The position numbers and the translations under genes are program-made. Positions 25,726 to 34,523 of a DNA stretch of 64,000 nucleotides are shown here, one piece after another. Within the stretch, counting starts at the first letter, position 1; every line of letters starts with the position of its first letter. Source of the stretch: a virus (taxonomy: Duplodnaviria > Heunggongvirae > Uroviricota > Caudoviricetes); IMG/VR virus record IMGVR_UViG_3300021963_008171, positions 10,995-74,994 of that record; one strand, 5' to 3'. The notes under the pieces were generated by a model. The model was not told where the DNA came from and ran no database searches. It worked only from the letters and a program-made list of their open reading frames with translations.

Positions 25726-26025
25726 ATGACAGAATTGCAAGGTGACAATTTCGAAAGTGCTGTTTCTTCAGCCAAAAAATGTTTAGTAGATTTTTATGCA
25801 ACTTGGTGTGGGCCGTGCAGAGCTATGAATCCGGTTTTAGAAAGTGTAGAGAGTGAATTGGGTGCAGATATTATTTTTAAAATTGACGTTGATAAAAATA
25901 GAGAATTGGTTGAAAAATACGGAATTAGATCCGTTCCAACTTTTATATTTTTTGAAGATGGGGAAGAAAAGGAAAGAAAAAGCGGAGCGATCCCTAAAGG
26001 ATATTTAATAGAATCTTTATCATAA
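25726..26025 (+). CDS. trxA: thioredoxin
   Basis: WCGPC active site in VDFYATWCGPCRAM, followed by VPTFIFF. 99 aa. Confidence 0.9.
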   Translation: MTELQGDNFESAVSSAKKCLVDFYATWCGPCRAMNPVLESVESELGADIIFKIDVDKNRELVEKYGIRSVPTFIFFEDGEEKERKSGAIPKGYLIESLS

Positions 26026-26315
26026 TGGAAAAAATTAAATCATTTAATTCATTTCTTAGCGAGGGAAATAAATCAGGAGAGATGACACCTGATGAGGTAT
26101 ACCAAAGAGCCTCTTCACACAAAAAGTGGTATCATCTTGAAGATTTTGAAAAAGAATTAAAGGCAGGAATAGCAGTGGAAATGGAACACACCAATGACCA
26201 AGAAACCGCTAGAAGAATTGCATTGGATCATCTTTATGAAGATCCCGAATACTATGAAAAATTAGCTAAAGCTGGTTTAATCGATGAACCAGACGCATTG
26301 AAAAATTTGGAATAA
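26025..26315 (+). CDS. conserved small protein (VEMEHT...DHLYEDPEYY motif) with the recurrent N-terminal motif (MEKIKSFNSFLSE)
   Basis: TAATG overlap with the thioredoxin gene. 96 codons. Confidence 0.55.
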   Translation: MEKIKSFNSFLSEGNKSGEMTPDEVYQRASSHKKWYHLEDFEKELKAGIAVEMEHTNDQETARRIALDHLYEDPEYYEKLAKAGLIDEPDALKNLE

Positions 26316-26351
26316 TTTTTCAAAACATTTTTATTTCTCAGGAAACTATCA

Positions 26352-26370
26352 TAGATTTGCATATATAAAC
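26352..26370 (+). promoter_or_regulatory. TAGATTTG (-7 box) immediately followed by CATATATAAAC
   Basis: Both promoter-like motifs are juxtaposed at the 5' edge of the ORF-free region. Confidence 0.5.
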
Positions 26371-26822
26371 ATCTAAAGAAAAAGTTCTTTAAAATATTGG
26401 TTGTTAAAGTTGAAGCGGCAGAATTGGATACATCAAAATCAATTATGCAAGGAACGAATTTGATCTCGTATCAAATTTATCCAAACACCATCTTATCCGG
26501 TCTAATAGGATGAGATACGTCAGACACTAGCTGGATGACGGTAAATTTAGATATTTCTGAATAGAAATTCGGGGCGGCTAACAGGCCTTAGGGGTTAGAG
26601 AATCGTTCACTTAATGGACAACCTCCAGATCTGGAGATTCTCATCTTTACAATAACCAATTAATAAAATACTATCCGACGCGGGATAGGGAGTTACTTCA
26701 CTGCAAACGAAACAACACTCCCTTTCAATATTCTCGGTAAGTTATTCTTATTAAATACATTAAATTGTGTTTGCTTAAATATAGGAAGGCTTATCGACTC
26801 ACGTTGGTAAGCTTTTTTTTTT
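26371..26822 (+). ncRNA. candidate structured non-coding RNA locus (possible Y-RNA/YrlA-like partner of the adjacent Ro60 homolog); one long RNA or two shorter ones
   Basis: No ORF of 60 aa or more. Hairpins at 26427-26472, 26490-26516, 26518-26540, 26553-26568, 26623-26636, 26671-26688 and 26688-26722. Possible long-range helix between 26399-26409 and 26645-26657 with bulges. Ends in a terminator. Confidence 0.55.
26789..26822 (+). terminator. rho-independent terminator
   Basis: GCTTATCGAC, loop tcac, GTTGGTAAGC: 10 bp including 2 G:U pairs, followed by T10 (26813-26822). Confidence 0.8.
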
Positions 26823-26844
26823 GCCAAAAATTTAAAACAAACAT

Positions 26845-28470
26845 ATGAGCAAGTTATCAGAGTACGCGGTTAAGTCCAAAACAGAAATTAGAAAATACGA
26901 GGATCTAGTTGTTGAGAATTTTATGGGGGGTAATTCCTATAAATTGTCACCGCTACAAACACTTAAAATAGTAGCTGCTAGCTCGATCTTCGGGGAGCCA
27001 CAGTACTATAGAGATGGGATAAAGAAGCAGGCTTCGATAAAGAACCATGATACCCTATTGAAATACTCAATATTTGCTGGCCTTATAGAAGGCTGTACCT
27101 CCGCAGCGGACGTTTTTACGAACGCTATTGATGCAGCCTTAGATTATGACTTCAAGGGAACTTTAGACTTAGCTACGGAGCTAAGAATGGTGTTTTTTAT
27201 GAGATTAAACCCAGCCGTCATATTTATACGTGCTTCTATCCATCCAAAAAGAGCAGAATTCAATGGATCCAACCCAGGATACATGAAAACTGTGGGCAAA
27301 TCCATAGCACTTAGACCCGATGATTTAACAAATCAGCTTGAATATTTCATGTACGTGAACAAGACAAAAAGCAAATTAAGCTCCATTGTTAAAAGAACCT
27401 GGGCAGAAAGACTTGGAGAGTATTCAAGATATCAACTAAACAAATACAAAGGCAAAAGTCTAATTGATCTTGTTAGAATTTCACACGCTTGGAATAATGA
27501 TATAGATGAGCTAATGAAGACCGGATCTATCAAGGTTGAAGAATCTGAAAGAACATGGGAAAATTTAAGGTCGGAGGGCAAGACATGGAAGGAGATTCTA
27601 GAAGCAATCGAAATCCCTCACATGGCTCTTTTGAGAAATCTGAGGGGAATCTTCAAAGAAATAGAGGATTTGGAGATTGCTAAATCCGTCATGACAAAAT
27701 TATCGGCTGGTGTTACTAAGGGAAATCAATTTCCATTTAGATATTGGTCTGCATATAAAGCGGTAGAGAAAGAAGAAATAAATCATAAAGGAGTCATTCT
27801 TGATGGATTAGAGGAGTGCATGGACATTTCAGTACTGAATATGCCAAAGCTTGATGGAAAAACTATATGTCTTTCCGATAATTCAGGATCTGCCTGGGGT
27901 CAGTTATCATCAGAATATGGAACGGTTTATGCAGCAGAGATAGCAAATCTTTCTTCACTGATTACTGGAAAACAATCCGACGAAGGCGAAATAGGTTTAT
28001 TCGGAGATCGCCTTATTGTAGAGTCAGTTTCTAAAAGAAATGGACTTCTATCTCAGTTAAAAGCTATCAATGAGGTGGAGAGAGATCATGGTAAATTGGG
28101 GGGAGGCACAGAGAATGGGATTTGGTTGTTCTTCGATGATGCAATCAAGAGTAAAAAACATTACGATAACATTTTTATCTATTCTGATATGCAAGCTGGA
28201 CATGGTGGGTTATATGGAACAGATTCTTCAGAATATAAAGATTTCTTACATGGAGATTGGAGGCATATAGATGTTCTAGCTCTTGTTTCTAAATATAGGA
28301 AAGACGTGAATCCCAAGGTGAATCTATTTTCCGTTCAAGTTGCTGGATATGACAATACAGTATTGCCGGAGAATCTTTATAGGGGAGCTATTTTAGCAGG
28401 ATGGACGGGTAAAGAGCCAGTTTTTGCTAAGGCGTTAATCGACACCTGGAACGAAATAGAAAATCGATAA
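26845..28470 (+). CDS. rsr: Ro60-like TROVE-domain protein with a C-terminal vWA domain
   Basis: By-eye matches to human Ro60: NKYKGKSLIDLVRISHAWN vs YKQRNGWSHKDLLRLSH; IPHMALLRNLRGI vs MPLTALLRNLGKM; NQFPFRY vs RIHPFHI. The vWA MIDAS-like motif is ICLSDNSGSAWG. Confidence 0.85.
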   Translation: MSKLSEYAVKSKTEIRKYEDLVVENFMGGNSYKLSPLQTLKIVAASSIFGEPQYYRDGIKKQASIKNHDTLLKYSIFAGLIEGCTSAADVFTNAIDAALDYDFKGTLDLATELRMVFFMRLNPAVIFIRASIHPKRAEFNGSNPGYMKTVGKSIALRPDDLTNQLEYFMYVNKTKSKLSSIVKRTWAERLGEYSRYQLNKYKGKSLIDLVRISHAWNNDIDELMKTGSIKVEESERTWENLRSEGKTWKEILEAIEIPHMALLRNLRGIFKEIEDLEIAKSVMTKLSAGVTKGNQFPFRYWSAYKAVEKEEINHKGVILDGLEECMDISVLNMPKLDGKTICLSDNSGSAWGQLSSEYGTVYAAEIANLSSLITGKQSDEGEIGLFGDRLIVESVSKRNGLLSQLKAINEVERDHGKLGGGTENGIWLFFDDAIKSKKHYDNIFIYSDMQAGHGGLYGTDSSEYKDFLHGDWRHIDVLALVSKYRKDVNPKVNLFSVQVAGYDNTVLPENLYRGAILAGWTGKEPVFAKALIDTWNEIENR

Positions 28471-28475
28471 TTAGT

Positions 28476-28497
28476 GGGATCTTACGATCCCATTTTT
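28476..28497 (+). terminator. rho-independent terminator
   Basis: GGGATC, loop ttac, GATCCC, then ATTTTT. It starts 6 nt after the stop of the Ro60-like gene and is immediately followed by GATATATAAAT. Confidence 0.7.
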
Positions 28498-28499
28498 CT

Positions 28500-28510
28500 G
28501 ATATATAAAT
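28500..28510 (+). promoter_or_regulatory. GATATATAAAT motif
   Basis: Exact 11-mer between the terminator (28476-28497) and ATG 28512. Confidence 0.45.
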
Positions 28511-28511
28511 C

Positions 28512-29192
28512 ATGAAGCACCTGAATACGTTCAATGAATCAATGAGATCCAACAACATTATTGTGGGTGGATCAAGTTTCAAAGATCCAAGAGACGGAAG
28601 AGAATATCAAACTGTTATACTTGATAACGGAAAAGAGAAAGTAGAATGGTTTGCGGAAAACTTAGATTATGATGACACTGATGACTTTGGTGGAAAATCT
28701 GCATTAGACATATTCTTTACTAATAATGATCTGCCATCGATCAAGGAGGATACAAACAGAAACACCTGCGGTAGATATTATAGATTCAATTCGTTGGTGA
28801 ACGCATGTCCAGAAGGATGGGAGATACCAGAAAGAAGTGAATTTATAGATCTTTTTAAAAAAATCACGGGAAAAGATCCACATTTATGGAGGGATCACGA
28901 TAGAACTGAAATATTTAAATCAGTTTGCGGGTTTAGATCCTCATTAGAATTGACAATGTGCGGAAGCTATGAAAAACCAAGATATATGGGAACATCTTCT
29001 TTTGCAGGACAAAGACCGGATTCTAACGGATTTAATTTTAGCGGTAATAGGGATGGATATTATTGGTCAAGTACACCAGGTTCTATGAATAATGGAGGCG
29101 CAGTCTTTATATTCAGGGAGGATGAAAAAAAGTACCTAGAGGATGTTGGCTATGGTTATTACGCGGTTAGACCGATAAGAAAAAATATATAG
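28512..29192 (+). CDS. FISUMP (Fibrobacter succinogenes major paralogous) domain protein with the recurrent N-terminal motif (MKHLNTFNES)
   Basis: FKDPRDGREYQTVILDNGKEKVEWFAENLDY, CPEGWEIPERSEFIDLF and GYYWSST match the FISUMP pattern. Confidence 0.7.
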   Translation: MKHLNTFNESMRSNNIIVGGSSFKDPRDGREYQTVILDNGKEKVEWFAENLDYDDTDDFGGKSALDIFFTNNDLPSIKEDTNRNTCGRYYRFNSLVNACPEGWEIPERSEFIDLFKKITGKDPHLWRDHDRTEIFKSVCGFRSSLELTMCGSYEKPRYMGTSSFAGQRPDSNGFNFSGNRDGYYWSSTPGSMNNGGAVFIFREDEKKYLEDVGYGYYAVRPIRKNI

Positions 29193-29195
29193 AGC

Positions 29196-29438
29196 ATGGA
29201 AATTAAAAGATTTGGCACATTTCTTAACGAAATGAAAAAAGAATACGGACAGGATTTCTCTCTTAGAGATATTAAACCTGGTGATAAAGTGACCTACATG
29301 GGGACTAAATACCACGTGATAGATTCTAATGAGGTTGTTTTAGAGCTTTCTAAAAATGACAAAGCAAAGCAGGGTGACAAGGGAAACTTCTTTGTGAACA
29401 GAAATATGTTCAAACAAAACGGGGCTATTCCTGACTAA
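29196..29438 (+). CDS. hypothetical protein (N-terminus MEIKRFGTFLNEM)
   Basis: 80 codons. Preceded by the same AAAAATATATAGAGC string as the gene at 2545. Confidence 0.5.
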   Translation: MEIKRFGTFLNEMKKEYGQDFSLRDIKPGDKVTYMGTKYHVIDSNEVVLELSKNDKAKQGDKGNFFVNRNMFKQNGAIPD

Positions 29439-29441
29439 TCC

Positions 29442-29452
29442 GATATATAAAT
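29442..29452 (+). promoter_or_regulatory. GATATATAAAT motif
   Basis: Exact 11-mer 10 nt before ATG 29463. Confidence 0.4.
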
Positions 29453-29462
29453 AAACAAAAAT

Positions 29463-29849
29463 ATGAAGCACTTAAAAGACTTTGATTCTATAGTAGAAAA
29501 TTTGGAAGAATCTGATGTTATGGATACATCTGGCGATTCCCCAGTGATGGAACCGGTTGAAAATAAATCATTAATCAACGCAGATTCTTGGATACCATCC
29601 CAACACGAAGAGGGTGATTACGATGTCACATGGACAGATGAAAATGGTGAAAAAGTGACCGCGGCATTTAAAGACGCTGGAGGTCCAATTCAATCTATGG
29701 AAAATGGAACCGGGTTTTCAGATCTAGAATCCATTGAAGGAACGGCAACCGACGGTAAAGAATATGTTGGAGAGATCAGATATAAAGAAGGAAAGGGCAA
29801 TTCTGAGGATGTTTTCTTAGTTACCAATATATCAATTAGCCATAAATAG
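29463..29849 (+). CDS. hypothetical acidic protein (N-terminus MKHLKDFDSIVEN)
   Basis: 128-codon ATG ORF. Confidence 0.55.
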   Translation: MKHLKDFDSIVENLEESDVMDTSGDSPVMEPVENKSLINADSWIPSQHEEGDYDVTWTDENGEKVTAAFKDAGGPIQSMENGTGFSDLESIEGTATDGKEYVGEIRYKEGKGNSEDVFLVTNISISHK

Positions 29850-29893
29850 CTGAAACATTTTTTCGAAACAAATATTTTTAATACATTTGAAGG

Positions 29894-30403
29894 ATGAAAC
29901 ACATCCTTCTTTTTTTGCTCCTGATTTCAGGTATTTCGGGATATTCGCAAACATCGGTTCCGTTCGGATCTGATGGTGATAAGGTTAATAGAGCATGCTC
30001 ACTTGTTAAAGAATATGCCCCGGATGTATATAATCACATAACATCCAGATCCAGGATCCAATCCTTCCTTGATTCCAATGGTGATAAATTTTCAAGCACA
30101 AATAGAATAGAAGGAGGAAATGAAAAAACTTATTGGATATTGGCGGGATTTGGATCAATCAGAGAAAGAAGCCAATATCACCTTGCAGGACTTATATTCC
30201 ACGAATCCATGCACATGTTGATAGCTGAGCAAAGAATGGCAAACGGAAGATCTGGGTATTTTTCTCATTTATCTCCGAAACAACAGAAACAAGAAGAATT
30301 TTTGATCTATAAAATGCAGATAGATCTTCTCGTAAGAATGAATGCACCACGTAGGGAAATTCAAGAAATGAGGGAGTGGATGCAACCCTACGTATCTAGA
30401 TAA
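29894..30403 (+). CDS. secreted protein with an HExxH motif (IFHESMHMLI); possible metallopeptidase
   Basis: Signal peptide MKHILLFLLLISGISGYSQ and a single HESMH motif. Confidence 0.45.
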   Translation: MKHILLFLLLISGISGYSQTSVPFGSDGDKVNRACSLVKEYAPDVYNHITSRSRIQSFLDSNGDKFSSTNRIEGGNEKTYWILAGFGSIRERSQYHLAGLIFHESMHMLIAEQRMANGRSGYFSHLSPKQQKQEEFLIYKMQIDLLVRMNAPRREIQEMREWMQPYVSR

Positions 30404-30453
30404 AAAACATCTTTTTTTACTGAGATAGATAGCGGCAATATAAGTAATTAGAA

Positions 30454-30780
30454 ATGGCTCTAGTTGTCTACAGTAAGTTAAAGGAATTACAAATCCAAGA
30501 AAAAGAAATATACGAATTTGGTAATTGGCTAAGAAGCTTTGCCAATGAATCAGCGTGGGACGGTGACGATGAGTATGAGGATTCATATGAGGAAGAAACC
30601 GAGGTACCTACCAATCATGACGGTGATGTCATGGAATACCCATGGGATGATTTCAGCTATATAGTGGTACCGGATTCAGCGGACGAGGTTAATGATGCAT
30701 TAGACGTTTCAAGAATGCTTGGTGTGTCATCAAGATTTGACGTTTATGACATGGGTAGGGTATTTTTTGTCGTTAAGTAG
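30454..30780 (+). CDS. hypothetical acidic protein
   Basis: 108-codon ATG ORF. A weak hairpin (30781-30796) follows it. Confidence 0.5.
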   Translation: MALVVYSKLKELQIQEKEIYEFGNWLRSFANESAWDGDDEYEDSYEEETEVPTNHDGDVMEYPWDDFSYIVVPDSADEVNDALDVSRMLGVSSRFDVYDMGRVFFVVK

Positions 30781-30799
30781 AGGACCCGGCGGTCTTTTA

Positions 30800-30810
30800 G
30801 ATATATAAAA
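30800..30810 (+). promoter_or_regulatory. GATATATAAAA motif
   Basis: Follows the weak hairpin AGGACC-cggc-GGTCTT. Lies 13 nt before ATG 30824. Confidence 0.4.
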
Positions 30811-30823
30811 AAAAGAGATTAAA

Positions 30824-31375
30824 ATGGCTTTACAAATTAATCAAGAAATTGAGACAATTAATAAGGGAATAGTGACTAATCCGTATTTAAGGATAGAATC
30901 ATACAGAATAGATAAGGTTTTAGGATATTTTATAGTTGCAACTGCTATGTTCAGGGACAAAGCAGACGCAGACTCTAATAAATTTGTCTATCACGAGGAT
31001 TATACACAGCCTATAGATAGAGCACCACAAACTGGGCCGATAGCAACAATGATCACATACGAGGATAACTCTTTCGAATATCCAGTAATTGTTGAATTCC
31101 CATTAACTGTTTCAGAAGAAGTTACCGAAGACATTTACGAGGATCAGGAGGTAACTAGAACCATAACATACAATGACTTTGACGAAAACGGAGATATCGT
31201 AGAGAAAACAAGAACAGAAACCACGATAGAAAAAGTTAAGACAGGGACACACGAAGTAACCAAATCAAGAATAGATCTTTCCGTAGTAGGAGCAGATCCT
31301 TATGGATGGGCTTACTCAAGATTAAAGACGCACTACGAAGGAATCTTCGGGGCTGGAAATGTAACTGATTGTTAA
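30824..31375 (+). CDS. hypothetical protein
   Basis: 183-codon ATG ORF. Confidence 0.55.
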   Translation: MALQINQEIETINKGIVTNPYLRIESYRIDKVLGYFIVATAMFRDKADADSNKFVYHEDYTQPIDRAPQTGPIATMITYEDNSFEYPVIVEFPLTVSEEVTEDIYEDQEVTRTITYNDFDENGDIVEKTRTETTIEKVKTGTHEVTKSRIDLSVVGADPYGWAYSRLKTHYEGIFGAGNVTDC

Positions 31376-31378
31376 GAT

Positions 31379-31858
31379 ATGAGTGTAGTTGCGTTTACTT
31401 CTAGTAATATTAGATTTGGTAATCAGGGTACCTTCGGAGGAACTACCCAATTATCCAATCTATGGATGGGAACAACCAACGTTTCCTTGCAAACAATATA
31501 CACGTCAAAAATATACCCAAGGGGTCCTGCATTAGGAGCGAATCTTGCAACTTTCAGATCCTCGAAATGGAGAGTTATTAGACTCGTGAGCAATGATTAC
31601 ACAAAGGGTAACGTTGCATTTTCTTATCCGGTATTAACATTGGGTGCAGGTGGCCCGGTTGGAGATGGATATGCCTGGAGTTATCTTGATTATAGTTACA
31701 TTACTATAGCAGCAACCGCCGTATATCCATACACATTCCAAAGATGGGAAACTTTAAATCCTGCGCCGGCAGGAACGACACTTAGCACATCATCAGCAGT
31801 ATCTCTTTACAACACAGATTGGACTGGATACTATGAGGTTAGAGCAGTATTTGCATAA
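31379..31858 (+). CDS. hypothetical protein
   Basis: 159-codon ATG ORF, 3 nt after the previous stop. Confidence 0.55.
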   Translation: MSVVAFTSSNIRFGNQGTFGGTTQLSNLWMGTTNVSLQTIYTSKIYPRGPALGANLATFRSSKWRVIRLVSNDYTKGNVAFSYPVLTLGAGGPVGDGYAWSYLDYSYITIAATAVYPYTFQRWETLNPAPAGTTLSTSSAVSLYNTDWTGYYEVRAVFA

Positions 31859-31861
31859 TTT

Positions 31862-32764
31862 ATGAAAGTAATTTGGGTCCTAGAAAATATCAGGAAAGAC
31901 CATAAATTTTTTTTACCAGAAATAGAACTTCTTGGATTGATCGCTTCTATTTCTAATTGGAAATTACTGTATCCAGAAACAAACACGCATCTTTATTGTG
32001 ATTCCACAGTACTCGAATATCTAACCAAGATAGAAATATTAGATCTCTGGGATAACGTACACACAGAAGAACTTTGCACAGAGGACAAAATAAACAGAAG
32101 GGCTTTCTGGGCAGCTTCAAAAATTAAAATTCTAAGAAATATAGAGGCTCCTTTTATAATAATGGACTGTGATCTTTATTTTAAAAAAAGATCTCTAGAT
32201 CTTGATTCTTTTCAAAAATTTGACATAGTAACAAATCAGATAGAAGATGGATTGGGATACTATCCAACAAAGAGAGATCCTATTATAAAAGAAATGAATG
32301 ATCCTTTTAAATACAGATCCTCACACGCATTCAATGTTGCCTTTCTTTATATAGGCTGTGAAAAAATTAGAAGGGAATACACAAATTTAGCATATTCATG
32401 GATGGAAGATTTATCTTCAAAAAATCCAGACATTGGGATTTTAACCGGAAAGCATATGATTTTCTGTGAACAAAAGATGCTAAAGGAATTTTCAGATCTT
32501 TATGATTCTAAGGTAATATCCCTAGCAGATCATATGATAAAAGGAGCGGAAGAAAGAATACCTATGATGGATGGATATGAATCTTTAAATCTTAGAGATT
32601 CAGATTATGTGCATCTGCACAGATTAAAAAGCAGAGTTAAATTCAATTCCGGGCTGTTTATTGATACCAGAAGTGATATCATTAAATCTATATACAATCT
32701 AAGTCCAGAGAGATCTAAGAAAGCATTCTCAGCATTAAAGCTCTCTAATCAGGATCTATTCTAA
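31862..32764 (+). CDS. hypothetical protein (contains IIMDCDLYF, a possible DxD motif)
   Basis: 300-codon ATG ORF. No confident family assignment. Confidence 0.55.
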   Translation: MKVIWVLENIRKDHKFFLPEIELLGLIASISNWKLLYPETNTHLYCDSTVLEYLTKIEILDLWDNVHTEELCTEDKINRRAFWAASKIKILRNIEAPFIIMDCDLYFKKRSLDLDSFQKFDIVTNQIEDGLGYYPTKRDPIIKEMNDPFKYRSSHAFNVAFLYIGCEKIRREYTNLAYSWMEDLSSKNPDIGILTGKHMIFCEQKMLKEFSDLYDSKVISLADHMIKGAEERIPMMDGYESLNLRDSDYVHLHRLKSRVKFNSGLFIDTRSDIIKSIYNLSPERSKKAFSALKLSNQDLF

Positions 32765-33380
32765 CCTTTCTTTTATCCGAAATGATGTAATCGTAAATTA
32801 CATCATTTTCTATTTCTACTCCAATATATTCTAGCATCCTTGCAATTTCTGAAATGTTATGGCCGACAAAAAGATCTTCATAATAAAATATAGGCCACGA
32901 ATTTTGTTCTGCTATTGAGGTCATTTTATAGGAAAAATATTTGAAAGATTCGATTTCATTCTTTAGTCTTTCCCGATCTATTTTATTTACATCATATATC
33001 TTAGGAATATCCCACCCAATCTTAGAATCTAGATTTATTAAAAGACTTTCTGCCTGTAATCCTTTATCTCTTCTATCCAAAACTATAACCTTATCAAAGA
33101 ATTCTTTCATCCAATCAGTAAATCTTCTTTCATCGTTTCCTGTCGATTTTTTGGGATGCTGGCTACATCCAAAAAGGGTTTTAGTTAATACCTGATCGTA
33201 TTTAAAAAAAGGATCTATATAATCAAAATCAAAACCTTCTTTATAATATGTAACGTAATTTTTTGGATTATATGGTTCATAGAAACATTGAAATCCCTTT
33301 GGATGTAAATGCGATTCCAACATTCTATATAAGGAGGTTGAACCTGTTCTTGGCCTAGCTAATATTGCTATTTTACTCAT
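32745..33380 (-). CDS. Stf0-type sulfotransferase-like protein
   Basis: 5'-PSB-like loop ILARPRTGSTSL and 3'-PB-like VIVLDRRDKGLQAESLL. Paralogous to the two upstream genes. Confidence 0.7.
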   Translation of the reverse strand: MSKIAILARPRTGSTSLYRMLESHLHPKGFQCFYEPYNPKNYVTYYKEGFDFDYIDPFFKYDQVLTKTLFGCSQHPKKSTGNDERRFTDWMKEFFDKVIVLDRRDKGLQAESLLINLDSKIGWDIPKIYDVNKIDRERLKNEIESFKYFSYKMTSIAEQNSWPIFYYEDLFVGHNISEIARMLEYIGVEIENDVIYDYIISDKRKVRIDPD

Positions 33381-33407
33381 TACATATCTATCCTAATGGT
33401 TTGGATA

Positions 33408-33989
33408 TCAAATTAATCTCTTTCCTGATTTCCCTCCTCTTAATTTATTCTGAGGATTTACTATGTTAATTTTAGGGGTAAACCCTAGATAAGATGCTAT
33501 TTTTTCACCTCCCGTGTTATTGAAATATAGATCTTCGTATGTTACCTGTATACAGTCCTTTAGTGATTTAAAATATTTATTTCTTATTACTATTGATTCG
33601 TGAACGGATCTTATCCTTTCCTCGTTATCCAATAGAAATTCGTTATTTATTTCATAATATGAAACGTCCCACTTATCATTAACTAAATTATTATGCCACC
33701 TATTATGAACGTTTGCCCAAACTACGCTTTCTGCTTGAGCCATAGAATCATTCCTTGTTAAAACTATTCTTTTATCAAAGAAATCCTTACCATTATCATA
33801 ACTCCATCTATTATCAGTTGATATCTTAACTATACACTCATTCATCTTTTCCAATTTAATTCCTTTAAAAAATTCCTCATGTTTAGGATTTAGCAACTCG
33901 TGATAATACGTTATACCGGTCTCAAGTTCTAACCATTCCCCCAGAGATCTTGATCCAGTCCTGTAGTCGGTGTATATTAATATTCTCAT
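33408..33989 (-). CDS. Stf0-type sulfotransferase-like protein
   Basis: ILIYTDYRTGSRSL and IVLTRNDSMAQAESVVWA. Confidence 0.7.
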   Translation of the reverse strand: MRILIYTDYRTGSRSLGEWLELETGITYYHELLNPKHEEFFKGIKLEKMNECIVKISTDNRWSYDNGKDFFDKRIVLTRNDSMAQAESVVWANVHNRWHNNLVNDKWDVSYYEINNEFLLDNEERIRSVHESIVIRNKYFKSLKDCIQVTYEDLYFNNTGGEKIASYLGFTPKINIVNPQNKLRGGKSGKRLI

Positions 33990-33992
33990 CTG

Positions 33993-34523
33993 CTATATCA
34001 ATTGTTTTTTCATATTTCTATATCTTTTAGATCCTATTTCGAATTTTGATTCAAATTCTAAATAATCCTCAATTTTCTTAAGACCCTCTTTTGAATAAAA
34101 TAATTCCTCATATGTTAAATGAAGACATTCTATTAATTTTTTAAATTCCACATTTTCAGAAATTATTTTATTTTCTATTTCTTTAATTTCTTGCTTGTTT
34201 GAATTTAAAAAATCATCCGATATAGAATATGCTGAAAATTTCTTTTCTTCTATTTCAGAATATAATCTACTTTCAGCTTGTTCCCTAGTATTTTCCCTTA
34301 CGAGAACTATTTTTTTATCGAACATATGTTTGATTCTATCATAAGAATCTTCGTCCGGGCAAACCTTGTATATTCCGAATGTGTGCGAATTCACAGCTTG
34401 GTCAAACTCATCGTTTGTTTTATAATGAAATCTTCTATAATAATCACAGCTATATTCTATCATCAAAAAGTTAGCTAATGATGTGGATCCTGTTCTATGG
34501 CTTGTGTATATTAATATTTTCAT
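33993..34523 (-). CDS. Stf0-type sulfotransferase-like protein
   Basis: ILIYTSHRTGSTSL and IVLVRENTREQAESRLYS. Confidence 0.7.
   Translation of the reverse strand: MKILIYTSHRTGSTSLANFLMIEYSCDYYRRFHYKTNDEFDQAVNSHTFGIYKVCPDEDSYDRIKHMFDKKIVLVRENTREQAESRLYSEIEEKKFSAYSISDDFLNSNKQEIKEIENKIISENVEFKKLIECLHLTYEELFYSKEGLKKIEDYLEFESKFEIGSKRYRNMKKQLI

Noticed and set aside
26371-26822. The ORF-free region as a tRNA, a group I intron, a riboswitch or a second tmRNA
   Set aside because: I could not fold a cloverleaf or T-arm (GTTCRANYC flanked by a 5-bp stem), and I saw no recognisable P7/G-binding core or known riboswitch consensus. It is retained only as an unclassified structured RNA candidate.
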